DNA from: Eledone cirrhosa
Lineage: Eukaryota
Length of the DNA: 64,000 nt
NCBI GenBank assembly: GCA_964016885.1
Contig: OZ024744.1
Coordinates: 32,984,001-33,048,000 of the forward strand
Direction of reading: 5' to 3'
Shown: one piece after another, positions 10,751 to 24,002 of the stretch
How the letters are laid out: each line of letters starts with the position of its first letter
Numbering within the stretch: position 1 is the first letter of the stretch
Notes under the pieces: generated by a model
The model's database searches: none
The model's input: the letters and a program-made list of their open reading frames with translations, nothing else
What the model was told of the DNA's origin: nothing
Program-made: the position numbers and the translations under genes

Positions 10751-12847
10751 ATGGCTACGAAAAAGAAATTTCATACGTCACTCCCACTCATTCCGTCTTC
10801 TTCTTCCTCAATCATCACTACAGCAGAGAGAAGATTGTCTCTCTCCCTCCCTTCTTTAAATGTGTCTCTCTCCCTCCCTTCTCTTTCGCAAGCGACGAAA
10901 GAAAAGAAAAGTCTCGTGCAAAGCGTGCAAGGTTTCTCCACGACGACGACGACAGCGACGAAACAGGTGTGCGGGAAATACGAAAACCCAGTTCATTCGT
11001 CTGACGTCAGGAATAATAGCAGTAGCAGCCGTAATAACAACAGCAACAGTGACAATGAAAACAACAGTAGCAGCCGCAACAGCATCACCAGCAGCATAAA
11101 CAACAACAGCATTAGCAGCAGCAACACCAACAACAACCACAGCAACAGCGGCGGAGGCAGTAGTCGTAGTACCTGCAGCAACAACAAAAGTACCAGCAGC
11201 TCTGACGACAACAACAACAGCAGAGAAAAACCAATCTCATTTGCAGGTATTGCGAAAAACTTGGAAACAATCCTCATAACAAATGAGGAATTAGAGGAAG
11301 CGAAGAAGATGGTGACAAAGAACGGACACCGAGCAATCTGCAAGGCAGCGAAAAAATTTTTCGAAACCCAAGAGCACTGTACGGTCACGTACCGTACAGT
11401 AAGTACAAAATCCCGTAGGGTGGAAAGAGCCACAGAGGCCCAAATACAAAAAGCCTTGGGGTCTGTGTGGCAGAGGAAAACGCACATCACCCGAGGCAAA
11501 AAATACGCCACCGTAGACGTACTTTTTGCCACACCCCAGGAGGCAAAGGCCCAATCAGTAGTGACCCTAAGGAGCGAGGAAATGGTGTTGGTGCCCTCCT
11601 ACTGCGGGCAAAAAATTGTGAGGGTCAAACTGACCCACGTCCCCCCCGGAATGACCCCTTCTTGGCTGGCCGCGTCTGTCCTCGTCGGAATCGAGGACAA
11701 AACAACTGTACTGCAAGTACAGAAAAAAGTAAGAGAAGATTGGGTCGGCTCCTCCATTGAGATGCTAATCCAAACCAACCAAGAGTGCATCGAAGCTATC
11801 CCGGATGTGATAGACTTCGATAACGGCACTCAACTGCCCATAAGTGTTGAGGGCAAACGCCCGAAATGCTTTCGCTGTGGATCGAAGACTCACCTCAGGG
11901 CCTTCTGCAACGAGAAGACCCTGAGAAAGGAGAAAACCCCCCTCCTTCCGAATCCGGCTCCACGGCTACCAGCAACAGGACAAGCGGCAACCAGGAACGA
12001 TAGGTCCGTGGCACCCATACCCACGCCACGGAAATCAAAAACAGCAGCAGCAGTGGAAATATTAACAACAACAACAGCAATACCAAATGCAGCTGCAACA
12101 GAGACTCCAGTGCAAACATCACCAACAACAACAAGTGAAAGAGTGGAGCTGGTACCCCTCCCCGACCTCACAGAATCAGACATGGAGTGTGAGGTGGGAG
12201 AGGGATGGCAAAAGGTCGCAAGAAGGCACAAACGCAGAAGCAGCGCATCGTCGCCTTTGAAAAGGGAGGAAAGAAATGAGAAAAGGGTAAAGTCTACTGC
12301 AAAGAGACCCACAGCAGCAACAACACCAACACCATCACCACCCACACTAGCGCCACCATCACCACCGGCGACAACCCCACCGCCAACAACACCTTCAACA
12401 CCACCACCACAAGCACCAACATCGCAAACACAACAACAAAACACACACACCCAGCAACAACGACAAGAAAATAGCAGAACCACACCCCACCCCCAGAAAA
12501 ACAAATGCACGGCAATAAATACACACAACAAGAAACTAATGACTTACATAATTGAACACACAGACATTTCACAACAGGACTACATAATACCAGCACCAAT
12601 CAAAACGCCAACTAACATAAGACTGCTAAAAATAGCACAGAAACAATACACAAATATTAAAACGAAATTCCCCAACGCAGTTGGTGATTTCAGGGACCTA
12701 GGAGGAACCATCAATCGAAGAGTATACTCAGACATTCTCTTAGAAGAGCCGACGACCAGCCGAAGGGACGATTCAACGGTCCCTTCACCAGACGATCAAG
12801 TGAAAAGGGATGTAAAAACCATCCCTCCTCTACCAAAAGTACGGTAA
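10751..12847 (+). CDS. ORF1 nucleic-acid-binding (gag-like) protein, 698 aa, intact
   Basis: CFRCGSKTHLRAFC zinc knuckle, S/N-rich and P/T-rich linkers; ends 35 nt upstream of ORF2. Confidence 0.9.
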   Translation: MATKKKFHTSLPLIPSSSSSIITTAERRLSLSLPSLNVSLSLPSLSQATKEKKSLVQSVQGFSTTTTTATKQVCGKYENPVHSSDVRNNSSSSRNNNSNSDNENNSSSRNSITSSINNNSISSSNTNNNHSNSGGGSSRSTCSNNKSTSSSDDNNNSREKPISFAGIAKNLETILITNEELEEAKKMVTKNGHRAICKAAKKFFETQEHCTVTYRTVSTKSRRVERATEAQIQKALGSVWQRKTHITRGKKYATVDVLFATPQEAKAQSVVTLRSEEMVLVPSYCGQKIVRVKLTHVPPGMTPSWLAASVLVGIEDKTTVLQVQKKVREDWVGSSIEMLIQTNQECIEAIPDVIDFDNGTQLPISVEGKRPKCFRCGSKTHLRAFCNEKTLRKEKTPLLPNPAPRLPATGQAATRNDRSVAPIPTPRKSKTAAAVEILTTTTAIPNAAATETPVQTSPTTTSERVELVPLPDLTESDMECEVGEGWQKVARRHKRRSSASSPLKREERNEKRVKSTAKRPTAATTPTPSPPTLAPPSPPATTPPPTTPSTPPPQAPTSQTQQQNTHTQQQRQENSRTTPHPQKNKCTAINTHNKKLMTYIIEHTDISQQDYIIPAPIKTPTNIRLLKIAQKQYTNIKTKFPNAVGDFRDLGGTINRRVYSDILLEEPTTSRRDDSTVPSPDDQVKRDVKTIPPLPKVR

Positions 12848-12882
12848 GTGGTCTTTCCCATCTTTTCCACTCTATTTTAAAC

Positions 12883-15800
12883 ATGACCTCACTCAGAATA
12901 GGCAGCATAAATGCGCGTGGCTTGGGGTCGTCATGGAAGCAGGGTCACCTGCTCAACGACCTCAGGTCACTAAACATAGATGTAGTGGCCATCAGCGAGA
13001 CCAGAATCTCCGAAGCACGGGCCTTCGCACCGATCTTCGGCGGCTACGATGTGTACGCATCTCCCAGCCGTCCTGGATCCGGTGGAGGAGTTGCTGTACT
13101 TTTTCGGAGAGGTTTGGATCTCGCCATACGGGCCATCTTCCTGGACCCAGAGGGTAAGCTGGTGGTGCTGGACGTGACCAGCGGAGACGGGCAAGCTTTC
13201 AGGCTAGTGGCCGTCTATGCCCCGACAGGAGCAGGGCGGCCTGATTTCTTCCGGCGTCTGGAGACCTTTCTTGGAACGTCGCGCTCTTTAGTGTTAGTGG
13301 GCGACTGGAACGGGATCTTAGATGCACGCTGGGACTGTGTGGGATTAGCGGATAGGGGTGGAGGGTGCAAGAGCCTCACCAACCTGCTCAGGCGTTTTGA
13401 ACTGTCTGACAGGTACCGATTGGATTTCCCGAATGTGCCAATGTGGACTTGGACAAACCGCATAGGTCATCCAGATCATATCTAGATAGAGTATTTTGTA
13501 GGGAAATAGATAGGTCTAGCATAGGCTGTCCACAATTCAAGATAGTCAGCTACACGGACCCCAAATTCGTGATCTGTGTGCTTGACTTAGATAGGCTTCA
13601 TAGACGAGGACCCGGCTACTGGAAGCTAAACGCGTCCTTACCAGCGCGCAAGGCCTACAGAGACCGGATTAGCGAACTAGTTAAGCGGGCGTTGACGGGG
13701 GCCATCGTCAACAACAAGTGGTGGTTTGCTCTGAAAAGAGCGATTAGAATAGAATCGATTAGATTTAGTAAGGCTTTAGCAATAGAGAAAAATAGAGCAG
13801 AGGGAGACCTAGTTAGAAAATTAGACGAGGCGCTTAGCAAAGGCATTGCGACCGACGTGCTTGCGGCGAAATTGGCCCTTGACCAATTCTTCAATGCAAA
13901 GCACGAAGGCTGCGTTGTCAGAGCAAGGGTGCGTGCTCTCAGACACGAGGGGACGAAAGCCGTTCAATGGGCCCGAGTGGCGGAGGCGCGTCGTGGCAAC
14001 AAAGCCACGATCCGGTCTTTGGTGGACCACGACGGGCGCATGCTACTCGATCCCGGGCAAATGTGTGAAGCTTTTCAGCGACACTTCGCTCAGCTGTTCG
14101 GGGGCAGCGGTGGGCCGGGTAGAAGGATGGACTTTAGTGTCTACCTCGACGGACTGCCGCGGCTCTCGGCCACTGAGGCGAAGTGTTGCGAAAAGCCGAT
14201 AACAGCCGCTGAAGTAAGGGAGGCAATGACTGGCTGCACAAGGAGTAAATCGCCTGGTTTGGATGGTCTGCCCTATGAACTTTACATACAGATGCCAGAC
14301 TTGTTCGGAGGCCTCTTGGCGGACGTCTACTGCAACTGGCAACAGAACGGGAGAATTCCCAGTTCTGTGAGCCGAGGAGCGGTGGCACTGCTGAGAAAGG
14401 ATCCGAACAAGGGGGATAACATAGAAAATTTCCGGCCCATAACTCTGCTAAACACAGAATTTAAGATTTTGGCCAAGGTGCTAGCAAAGAGGTTGGCGCT
14501 TGTCGTTGGTGGTCTGGTGGGAGAGGCGCAGACATGCGCCATTCCCGACAGATCCATCCACGACAACCTCCACCTCATGCGATACATCGTAGAGAGGGTA
14601 GCTAGGGAACCTGGCACGGGTGGGTCCTTGATCAATTTAGATCAGTCGAAAGCTTTCGATAGGGTCGACCATCGTTACCTAGCGGCAGTCCTGAGGGCGG
14701 CTGGCTTTGGGCCCGTCTTCAGAGGCTGGATCGCTGCCATGCACAGCGACATCTGCTCTGTGGTGAGAGTGAACGGTCACCTGTCGGAACCGTTCAACAT
14801 CATGCCCTCGGTCCGCCAAGGATGTCCCCTCTCGTCCCTCTTGTACGTATTGACTCTCGAGCCATTACTGCACAAACTGGAGACGTTGAGGGGGGTCCCG
14901 CGCGAACTAGGATGCGGAAGATCCGTATCAGCATATGCGGACGATGTCACCGTAGTGGTGTCGAACGCCAAACACATCGAGGCGATCGGCACTACACTAA
15001 GAGAATACGAAGCGGTGACAGGAGCAATGATCAACCAGGAAAAGTCAGTGGGCCTGCAGCTCGGCACCTGGAGAGGAAGGTCCATGCCGTCCAACAGCGT
15101 CGTCGGACGCTGGACTGACGGACCGGTTAAATTGCTAGGGGTCTGGTTCGGTCCGGACCTCCAGACGGACAAAAACTGGGACGAGGTGACGAGCAGGGTG
15201 GCTTCTCTCACCCAGAAATGGGCCGAGAGGAAGCTATCCCTGAAAGGTCGAGCGGAGGTGGCTAACGCGTACATCGCGTCCGTCATCTGCTACCGCCTGA
15301 CCGTCGTACCTTGTCCTAAGCCTCGCCTGACTGTGCTGGAGCGTTTGCTCTTTCGCTTTTTGTGGAAGGGACGCGCTCCGATGGTCAGGCGGTCCATCTG
15401 TTGTCAACACCCGCTACGTGGAGGGCTGGGCATGCCGTGGCTGATGATGCGCAGGCACGCGCTCAGGCTACGACATCTCCACCTCTTCCTCGACGGTGAT
15501 CAGGTGTGGTCGCCGTTTGCTAGACGCGTTTTTCCCCAGCTCGTTTCCTTGACGGAGCTGCAGTCCTGGGTCAAGCGAAGACCGAGAGGGAGCGCCTGGA
15601 GACTGGAATGTCTTCAGGCGCTCACAGCCCTCGACCAATCGGGCAATGTGATCGGTGGAAACTCCACCTCGGCGTTCTATAGAGGATTAGTGGAGGGGAA
15701 GAGCGACGACGTACTTGGGGAAACTCTAGGCGTCGACGAAAATCAACTAGCCAATCTCTTCGGAAGAACTTTCGGGCCAGGGCCTATGGACAACTTCCAG

Positions 15801-16293
15801 AAATCTCTGGCCTGGCAGTGCTACCGAGGAGCCTTGCCAGTTCGGGATAAACTCTACAGGCATGGAGGTGCCGTCAGCCGGACATGTCCGAGATGCGCGC
15901 AGGGCGACGAAACCGTCCTGCACGCACTCGTCCAGTGTCCGAAAATTGCTGACTTGTGGGTTTATGTCGAACACCTGCTGTCGCGTTTAGGACGGATCCG
16001 GCTATCATCTGAGTCCATCGTGAGGATTGCCCCGCCCTCCTCCTTTAGCCGGGAAGGGCAGGCAGTTTTTATCTGCCTGGTGGCCATGGCGAAAGAGATA
16101 GTATGGTGGACACGTTTGAAAGGGCTGAAGACGAGCACTTACCTCTGCTCTGATTGACTTTTTCAAATTTCATTTGAAAAGGAAAATCAGAGTAGAGAAG
16201 GAAGTGCTCTCTTCCCAGCATTTTGTTGAAAGATGGGTGAGAGAAGCAAGAATGGCCCGAGTGAATGGGCCGACTCTGAGTATATATCTGTAA
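12883..16293 (+). pseudogene. ORF2 APE endonuclease-RT, disrupted (copy A)
   Basis: SINARGL, SETR, VYAP, GDWN, QGCPLS and YADD motifs. 1-nt deletion at ~13465, catalytic TDH changed to TDP, small deletion at ~16145 relative to copy B. Confidence 0.92.
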
Positions 16294-16579
16294 ACTAAAG
16301 GTGGAAAACTGGGAGAGGGCACTTGCCTTGGTGGTCAGGGTCATTGTGGCTTTTTACTGGGCTTTCTCCACAAATGTCCCTCCGAAGTCTCCCCCCTATT
16401 GGGGAATTTTTCATTGTTATTTTCATTGTTATTTTTGTTACATCCTCTGTTTTTGTTTTTTTACACGCAGAAATGCCCATTTGTACCGTCCTGCATTGTC
16501 CTGCACTGTCCTTAATGTCTACTTTATGTAAACCCTTGTGGTTAATAAAGAAATCATTATTTTCATTTGGAGGTTCATC

Positions 16580-16614
<35 letters not shown>

Positions 16615-16830
16615 GAATGCTATGGTTGACGGAGGCTCGGCTCTGTAAGGTACTGTAAATTTTGAACGCTATAACAATTGTAAATTGTTTAAAACTTAGA
16701 CCAACTTGTAGACAAAAACACCCTCCTCCTCGTGAGAGGGGTCTTTCTGTCCGTTATTTGGCCCTTCGGGGTTAAATAACTGCTTATTGGGGTTTTGTAC
16801 CCAATATTTATTTTAAACAAAAAAAACAAC

Positions 16831-18931
16831 ACGGCTACGAAAAAGAATTTGCATAGGTCACTCCCACTCATTCCGTCTTCTTCTTCCTCAATCGTCACTA
16901 CAGCAGAGAGAAGATTGTCTCTCTCCCTCCCTTCTTTAAATGTGTCTCTCTCCCTCCCTTCTCTTTCGCAAGCGACGAAAGAAAAGAAAAGTCTCGTGCA
17001 AAGCGTGCAAGGTTTCTCCACGACGACGACGACAGCGACGAAACAGGTGTGCGGGAAATATGAAAACCCAGTTCATTCGTCTGACGTCAGGAATAATAGC
17101 AGTAGCAGCCGTAATAACAACAGCAACAGTGACAATGAAAACAACAGTAGCAGCCGCAACAGCATCACCAGCAGCATAAACAACAACAGCATTAGCAGCA
17201 GCAACACCAACAACAACCACAGCAACAGCGGCGGAGGCAGTAGTCGTAGTACCTGCAGCAACAACAAAAGTAACAGCAGTTCTGACGACAACAACAACAA
17301 CAGCAGCAAAGAAAAACCAATCTCATTTGCAGGTATTGCGAAAAACTTGGAAACAATCCTCATAACAAATGAGGAATTAGAGGAAGCGAAGAAGATGGTG
17401 ACAAAGACTGGACACCGAGCAATCTGCAAGGCAGCGGAAAAATGTTTCGAAACCCAACAGCACTGTACGGTCACGTACCGTACAGTAAGTACAAAATCCC
17501 GTAGGGTGGAAAGATCCACAGATGCTCAAATACAAAAAGCCTTGGGGTCTGTGTGGCAGCGGAAAACGCACATCAACCGAGGAAAAAAATATGCCACCGT
17601 AGACGTACTTTTTGCCACACCCCAGGAGGCAAAGGTCCAATCCGTAGTGACCCTAAGGAGCGAGGAAATGGTGTTGGTGCCCTCCTACTGCGGGCAAAAA
17701 ATTGTGAGGGTCAAACTGACCCCCCCCCCCCGGGATGGCCCCTTCTTGGCTGGCCGCGTCTGTCCTCGTCGGAATCGAGGACAAAACAACTGTACTGCAA
17801 GTACAGAAAAAAGTAAGAGAAGATTGGGTCGGCACCTCCATTGAGATGCTAATCCAAACCAACCAGGAGTGCATCGAAGCTATCCCGGATGTGATAGACT
17901 TCGATAACGGCACTCAACTGCCCATAAGTGTTGAAGGAAAACGCCCGAAATGCTTTCGCTGTGGATCGAAGACTCACCTCAGGGCCTTCTGCAGCGAGAA
18001 AACCCTGAGAAAGGAGAAACCACCCCTCCTTCCGAAACCGGCTCCACGGCTACCAGCAACAGGACAAGCGGCAACCAGGAACGATAGGTCCGTGGCACCC
18101 ATACCCACGCCACGGAAATCAAAAACAGCAGCAGCAGTGGAAATATTAACAACAACAACAGCAATACCAAATGCAGCTGCAACAGAGACTCCAGTGCAAA
18201 CATCACCAACAACAACAAGTGAAAGAGTGGAGCTGGTACCCCTCCCCGACCTCACAGAATCAGAGATGGAGTGTGAGGTGGGAGAGAGATGGCAAAATGT
18301 CGTAAGAAGGCACAAACGCAGAAGCAGCGCATCGTCGCCTTTGAAAAGGGAGGAAAGAAATGAGAAAAGGGTAAAGTCTACTGCAAAGAGACCCACAGCA
18401 GCAACACCACCAACACCATCACCACCCACACTAGCACAACCATCACCACCGGCGACAACCGCACCGCCAACAACACCTTCAACACCACCACCACAAGCAC
18501 CAACATCGCAAACACAACAACAAAACACACACACCCAGCAACAACGACAAGAAAATAGCAGAACCACACCCCACCCCCAGAAAAACAAATGCACGGCAAT
18601 AAATACACACAACAAGAAACTAATGACTTACATAATTGAACACACAGACATTTCACAACACGACTACATAATACCAGCACCAATCAAAATGCCAACTAAC
18701 ATAAGACTGCTAAAAATAGCACAGAAACAATACACAAACATTAAAACGAAATTCCCCAACGCAGTTGGTGATTTCAGGGACCTAGGAGGTACTATCAATC
18801 GAAGAGTATATTCAGACATTCTCTTAGAAGAGCCGACGACCAGCCGAAGGGACGATTCAACGGTCCCTTCACCAGACGATCAAGTGAAAAGGGATGTAAA
18901 AACCATCCCTCCTCTACCAAAAGTACGGTAA
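16831..18931 (+). pseudogene. ORF1, disrupted (copy B)
   Basis: ATG changed to ACG at 16831, and a frameshift in the poly-C run at ~17720 relative to copy A. Confidence 0.9.
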
Positions 18932-18966
18932 GTGGTCTTTCCCATCTTTTCCACTCTATTTTAAAC

Positions 18967-21900
18967 ATGACCTCACTCAGAATAGGCAGCATAAATGCGC
19001 GTGGCTTGGGGTCGTCATGGAAGCAGGGTCACCTGCTCAACGACCTCAGGTCACTAAACATAGATGTAGTGGCCATCAGCGAGACCAGAATCTCCGAAGC
19101 ACGGGCCTTCGCACCGATCTTCGGCGGCTACGATGTGTACGCATCTCCCAGCCGTCCTGGATCGGGGGGAGGAGTTGCTGTGCTTTTTCGGAGAGGTTTG
19201 GATCTCGCCATACGGGCCATCTTCCTGGACCCAGAGGGTAAGCTGGTGGTGCTGGACGTGACCAGCGGAGACGGGCAAGCTTTCAGGCTAGTGGCCGTCT
19301 ATGCCCCGACAGGAGAAGGGCGGCCTGATTTCTTTCGGCGTCTGGAGACCTTTCTTGGAACGTCCCGCTCTTTAGTGTTAGTGGGCGACTGGAACGGGAT
19401 CTTAGATGCACGCTGGGACTGTGTGGGATTAGCGGATAGGGGTGGAGGGTGCAAGAGCCTCACCAACCTGTTCAGGCGTTTTGAACTGTCTGACAGGTAC
19501 CGATTGGATTTCCCGAATGCGCCAATGTGGACTTCGACAAATCGCATAGGGTCATCCAGATCATATCTAGATAGAGTATTTTGTAGGGAAATAGATAGGT
19601 CTAGCATAGGCTGTCCACAATTCAAGATAGTCAGCTACACGGACCACAAATTCGTGATCTGTCTGCTTGACTTAGATAGGCTTCATAGACGAGGACCCGG
19701 CTACTGGTAGCTAAACGCGTCCTTACCAGCGCGCAAGGCCTACAGAGACCGGATTAGCGAACTAGTTAAGCGGGCGTTGACGGGGGCCATCGTCAACAAC
19801 AAGTGGTGGTTTGCTCTGAAAAGAGCGATTAGAATAGAATCCATTAGGTTTAGTAAGGCTTTAGCAATAGAGAAAAATAGAGCAGAGGGAGAACTAGTTA
19901 GAAAATTAGACGAGGCGCTTAGCAAAGGCATTGCGACCGACGTGCTTGCGGCGAAATTGGCCCTTGACCAATTCTTCAATGCAATGCACGAAGGCTGCGT
20001 TGTCAGAGCAAGGGTGCGTGCTCTCAGACACGAGGGGACGAAAACCGTTCAATGGGCCCGAGTGGCGGAGGCGCATCGTGGCAACAAAGCCACGATCCGG
20101 TCTTTGGTCGACCACGACGGGCGCATGCTACTCGATCCCGGGCAAATGTGTGAAGCTTTTCAGCGACACTTCGCTCAGCTGTTCGGGGGCAGCGGTTGGC
20201 CGGGTCGAGGGATGGACTTTAGTGTCTACCTCGACGGACTGCCGCGGCTCTCGGCCACTGAGGCGAAGTGTTGCGAAAAGCCGATAACAGCCGCTGAAGT
20301 AAGGGAGGCAATGACTGGCTGCACAAGGGGTAAATCGCCTGGTTTGGATGGTCTGCCCTATGAACTTTACGTACAAATGCCAGACTTGTTCGGAGGCCTC
20401 TTGGCGGACGTCTACTGCAACTGGCAACAGAACGGGAGAATTCCCAGTTCTGTGAGCCGAGGAGCGGTGGCACTGCTGAGAAAGGATCCGAACAAGGGGG
20501 ATAACATAGATAATTTCCGGCCCATAACTCTGCTAAACACAGAGTTCAAGATTTTGGCCAAGGTGCTAGCAAAGAGGTTGGCGCTTGTCGTTGGTGGTCT
20601 GGTGGGAGAAGCGCAGACATGCGCCATTCCCGACAGATCCATCCACGACAACCTCCACCTCATGCGATACATCGTAGATAGGGTAGCTAAGGAACCTGGC
20701 ACGGGTGGGTCCTTGATCAATTTAGATCAGTCGAAAGCTTTCGATAGGGTCGACCATCGTTACCTAGCGGCAGTCCTGAGGGCGGCTGGCTTTGGGCCCG
20801 TCTTCAGAGGCTGGATCGCTGCCATGCACAGCGACATCTGCTCTGTGGTGAGAGTGAACGGTCACCTGTCGGAACCGTTCAACATCATGCGCTCGGTCCG
20901 CCAAGGATGTCCCCTCTCGTCCCTCTTGTACGTATTGACTCTCGAGCCATTACTGCACAAACTGGAGACGTTGAGGGGGGTCCCGCGCGAACTAGGATGC
21001 GGAAGATCCGTGTCAGCATATGCGGACGATGTCACCGTAGTGGTGTCGAACGCCAAACACATCGAGGCGATCGGCACTACACTAAGAGAATACGAAGCGG
21101 TGACAGGAGCAATGATCAACCAGGAAAAGTCAGTGGGCCTGCAGCTCGGCACCTGGAGAGGCAGGTCCATGCCGTCCAACAGCGTCGTCGGACGCTGGAC
21201 TGACGGACCGGTTAAATTGCTAGGGGTCTGGTTCGGTCCGGACCTCCAGACGGACAAAAACTGGGACGAGGTGACGAGCAGGGTGGCTTCTCTCACCCAG
21301 AAATGGGCGGAGCGGAAGCTATCCCTGAAAGGTCGAGCGGAGGTGGCTAACGCGTACATCACGTCTGTCATCTGCTACCGCCTGACCGTCGTACCTTGTC
21401 CTAAGCCTCGCCTGACTGCGCTGGAGCGTTTGTTCTTTCGCTTTTTGTGGAAGGGACGCGTTCCGATGGTCAGGCGGTCCATCTGTTATCAACACCCGCT
21501 ACGTGGAGGGCTGGGCATGCCGTGGCTGATGATGCGCAGGCACGCGCTCAGGCTACGACATCTCCACCTCTTCCTCGACGGTGATCAGGTGTGGTCGCCG
21601 TTTGCTAGACACGTATTTCCCCAGCTCGTTTCCTTGACGGAGCTGCAGTCCTGGGTGAAGCGAAGACCGAGAGGGAGCGCCTGGAGACTGGAATGTCTTC
21701 AGGCGCTCACAGCCCTCGACCAATCGGGCAATGTGATCGGTGGAAACTCCACCTCGGCGTTCTATAGAGGATTAGTGGAGGGGAAGAGCGACGACGTACT
21801 TGGGGAAACTCTAGGCGTCGACGAATATCAACTAGCCAATCTCTTCGGAAGAACTTTCGGGCCAGGGCCTATGGACAACTTCCAGAAATCTCTGGCCTGG

Positions 21901-22386
21901 CAGTGCTACCGAGGAGCCTTGCCAGTTCGGGATAAACTCTACAGGCATGGAGGTGCCGTCAGCCGAGCATGTCCGAGATGCGCACAGGGCGACGAAACCG
22001 TCCTGCACGCACTCGTCCAGTGTCCGAAAATTGCTGACTTGTGGGTTTATGTCGAACACCTGCTGTCGCGTTTAGGACGGATCCGGCTATCATCTGAGTC
22101 CATCGTGAGGATTGCCCCGCCCTCCTCCTTTAGCCGGGAAGGGCAGGCAGTTTTTATCTGTCTGGTGGCCATGGCGAAAGAGATAGTATGGTGGACACGT
22201 TTGAAAGGGCTGAAGACGAGCACTTACCTCTTCGGTGATGCTCTGATTGACTTTTTCAAATTTCATTTGAAAAGGAAAATCAGAGTAGAGAGGGAAGTGC
22301 TCTCTTCCCAGCATTTTGTTGAAAGATGGGTGAGAGAAGCAAGAATGGCCCGAGTGAATGGGCCTACTCTGAGTATATATCTGTAA
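18967..22386 (+). pseudogene. ORF2 APE-RT-CCHC, ~1139 codons with one nonsense codon (copy B)
   Basis: ORFs 18967-19710 and 19777-22386 are in one frame. TAG at 19708 is AAG in copy A. TDHK, YADD and CPRC..H..C are intact. Confidence 0.92.
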
Positions 22387-22660
22387 ATTAAAGGTGGAAA
22401 ACTGGGAGAGGGCACTTTCCTTGGTGGTCAGGGTCACTGTGGCCTTTTACTGGGCTTTCTCCACAAATGTCCCTCTGAAGTCTCCCCCCTATTGGGGAAT
22501 TTTTCATTGTTATTTTTTGTTACATCCTCTGTTTTTGTTTTTTACACGCAGAAATGCCCATCTGTACCGTCTTGCATTGTCCTGCACTGTCCTTAATGTC
22601 TACTTTATGTAAACCCTTCTGGTTAATAAAGAAATCATTATTATTATTGTTATTGTTATT

Positions 22661-23516
22661 CCTTGAATCTCAGTCATTGATGTTGGTTAACTGGAAAGTC
22701 CGTTGGATTGAATATCAAGCCACTACCTGCAGCCTCAGATATTCAGGACGTATCGGAGGGTTCTTGCTGTTCCAAGCAAGCATGCCTTTTGAAGCGTTCC
22801 AAAAAGCGTGAAGGGGCCGATTTTCTTTAACCATCCCTGGAAACTTTTGGAGATAGTCCCCAGTGCGCCTATGACAATCGGGATCACTTTGACTTCATGG
22901 CAGTTCCAAATCCTTTTCACCTCCCACTTTAGGTCCTGGTATCGGTTAATTTTCTCCCTCTCCTTCTCTTGCACTCTCGTGTCGAACGGGCAGGCCACAT
23001 CCACAATCAGGCACGATCTTTTTTCTTTGTCCACAACCACCAGGTCAGGTCTATTGTGTTCCAGTTTTTTGTCCGTCTGTATCCTAAAATCCCACAGCAC
23101 CTTCACCTGATTGTTCTCCATCACCGCCTCTGGCCTATGCTCATACCATTTCTCAGCCATTAGCATTCCTTCTGTAGCCTTTTTGAGGTCTCCTCTTCTC
23201 AACCAGTTCCATGTCTGTGGATCTCTAAATTCAGTTTTCTCAAAGAAGGTACTATGAAGGGGTTTTCCCTTAAGGCTGCTCTTCCTCCTTGATGTTATTT
23301 CCTCCCTGGACATCCCCTGGCCTACTGTCCCCTCCTTCAGTACAGCTCTGAGCATTGGCTCCTTACTATAGGTCACGTATTTGTATAGGTTGTTTTTCTC
23401 CATCTGAACACAGTCCTCTATGCTGATAAGACCTCTTCCACCCTCAGATCTCCTTAGGTAGAGTCTATCGACATCACTCCTCTTGTGGAACATGTTGTAG
23501 ATAGTCAATAGCTTCC

Positions 23517-23518
<2 letters not shown>
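22661..23518 (-). mobile_element. R4/Dong family B, truncated, zinc knuckle deleted in frame
   Basis: TEGMLMA joined to EKWYEH, compared with the 5489-6854 copy; RPDL...VDVACP; (TAA)n flanks. Confidence 0.9.
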
Positions 23519-23574
<56 letters not shown>

Positions 23575-23587
23575 GCTGTTGTTGTTG

Positions 23588-24002
23588 TTCTTTGAGTCTC
23601 AGTCATTGATGTTATTTAACTGGAAAGTTTGTTGAAATGAATATCAAGCCGCTACCTGCTGCCTCAGACATTCAGGACGTTCCGGAGGGTTCTTGCTTTT
23701 TCCAGCAAGCATGCTTTTTGAAGTGTTCCAAAAAGTGGGGCTGGACTAATCTTATTTAACCATCCTTCGAAACACTTTGAGATAGTACCTAGTGCGCCTA
23801 TGACAATCAGGACGACCTTGATTTCATGGCAGTTGCAAACCCTTTTTAACTCCCACTTTAAATCCTGGTATCGGTTAATTTTCTCCCTCTCCTTTTCTTG
23901 CACTTTCGTGTCAAAGGGCCAGGCTACATCTACAATCAGGCACGATCTTTTTTTCTTGTCCAAAACCACCAGGTCAGATCTATTGTGTTCTAATTTCTTG
24001 TT
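23588..24002 (-). mobile_element. R4/Dong family B 3' fragment
   Basis: HNRSDLVV...VDVAWPFD plus the same 3' UTR, next to (TAA)n. Confidence 0.85.

Larger units (their letters stand above)
10536..16555 (+). mobile_element. Full-length Tx1/L1-type non-LTR retrotransposon, copy A
   Basis: 5' UTR, ORF1 with CCHC knuckle, ORF2 APE-RT-CCHC, 3' UTR ending AATAAAGAAATC. Confidence 0.95.
16615..22636 (+). mobile_element. Full-length Tx1/L1-type non-LTR retrotransposon, copy B
   Basis: Highly similar to copy A throughout; same 5' start GAATGCTATGG; 3' end followed by (ATT)n. Confidence 0.95.

Noticed and set aside
19708-19710. Programmed readthrough between APE and RT
   Set aside because: Copy A and the 36.7-kb fragment have AAG here, so it is a private nonsense mutation.
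10856-22059. Antisense and alternate-frame ORFs over the Tx1 copies
   Set aside because: Shadows of GC-rich or low-complexity coding sequence; shared only because the copies are near-identical.
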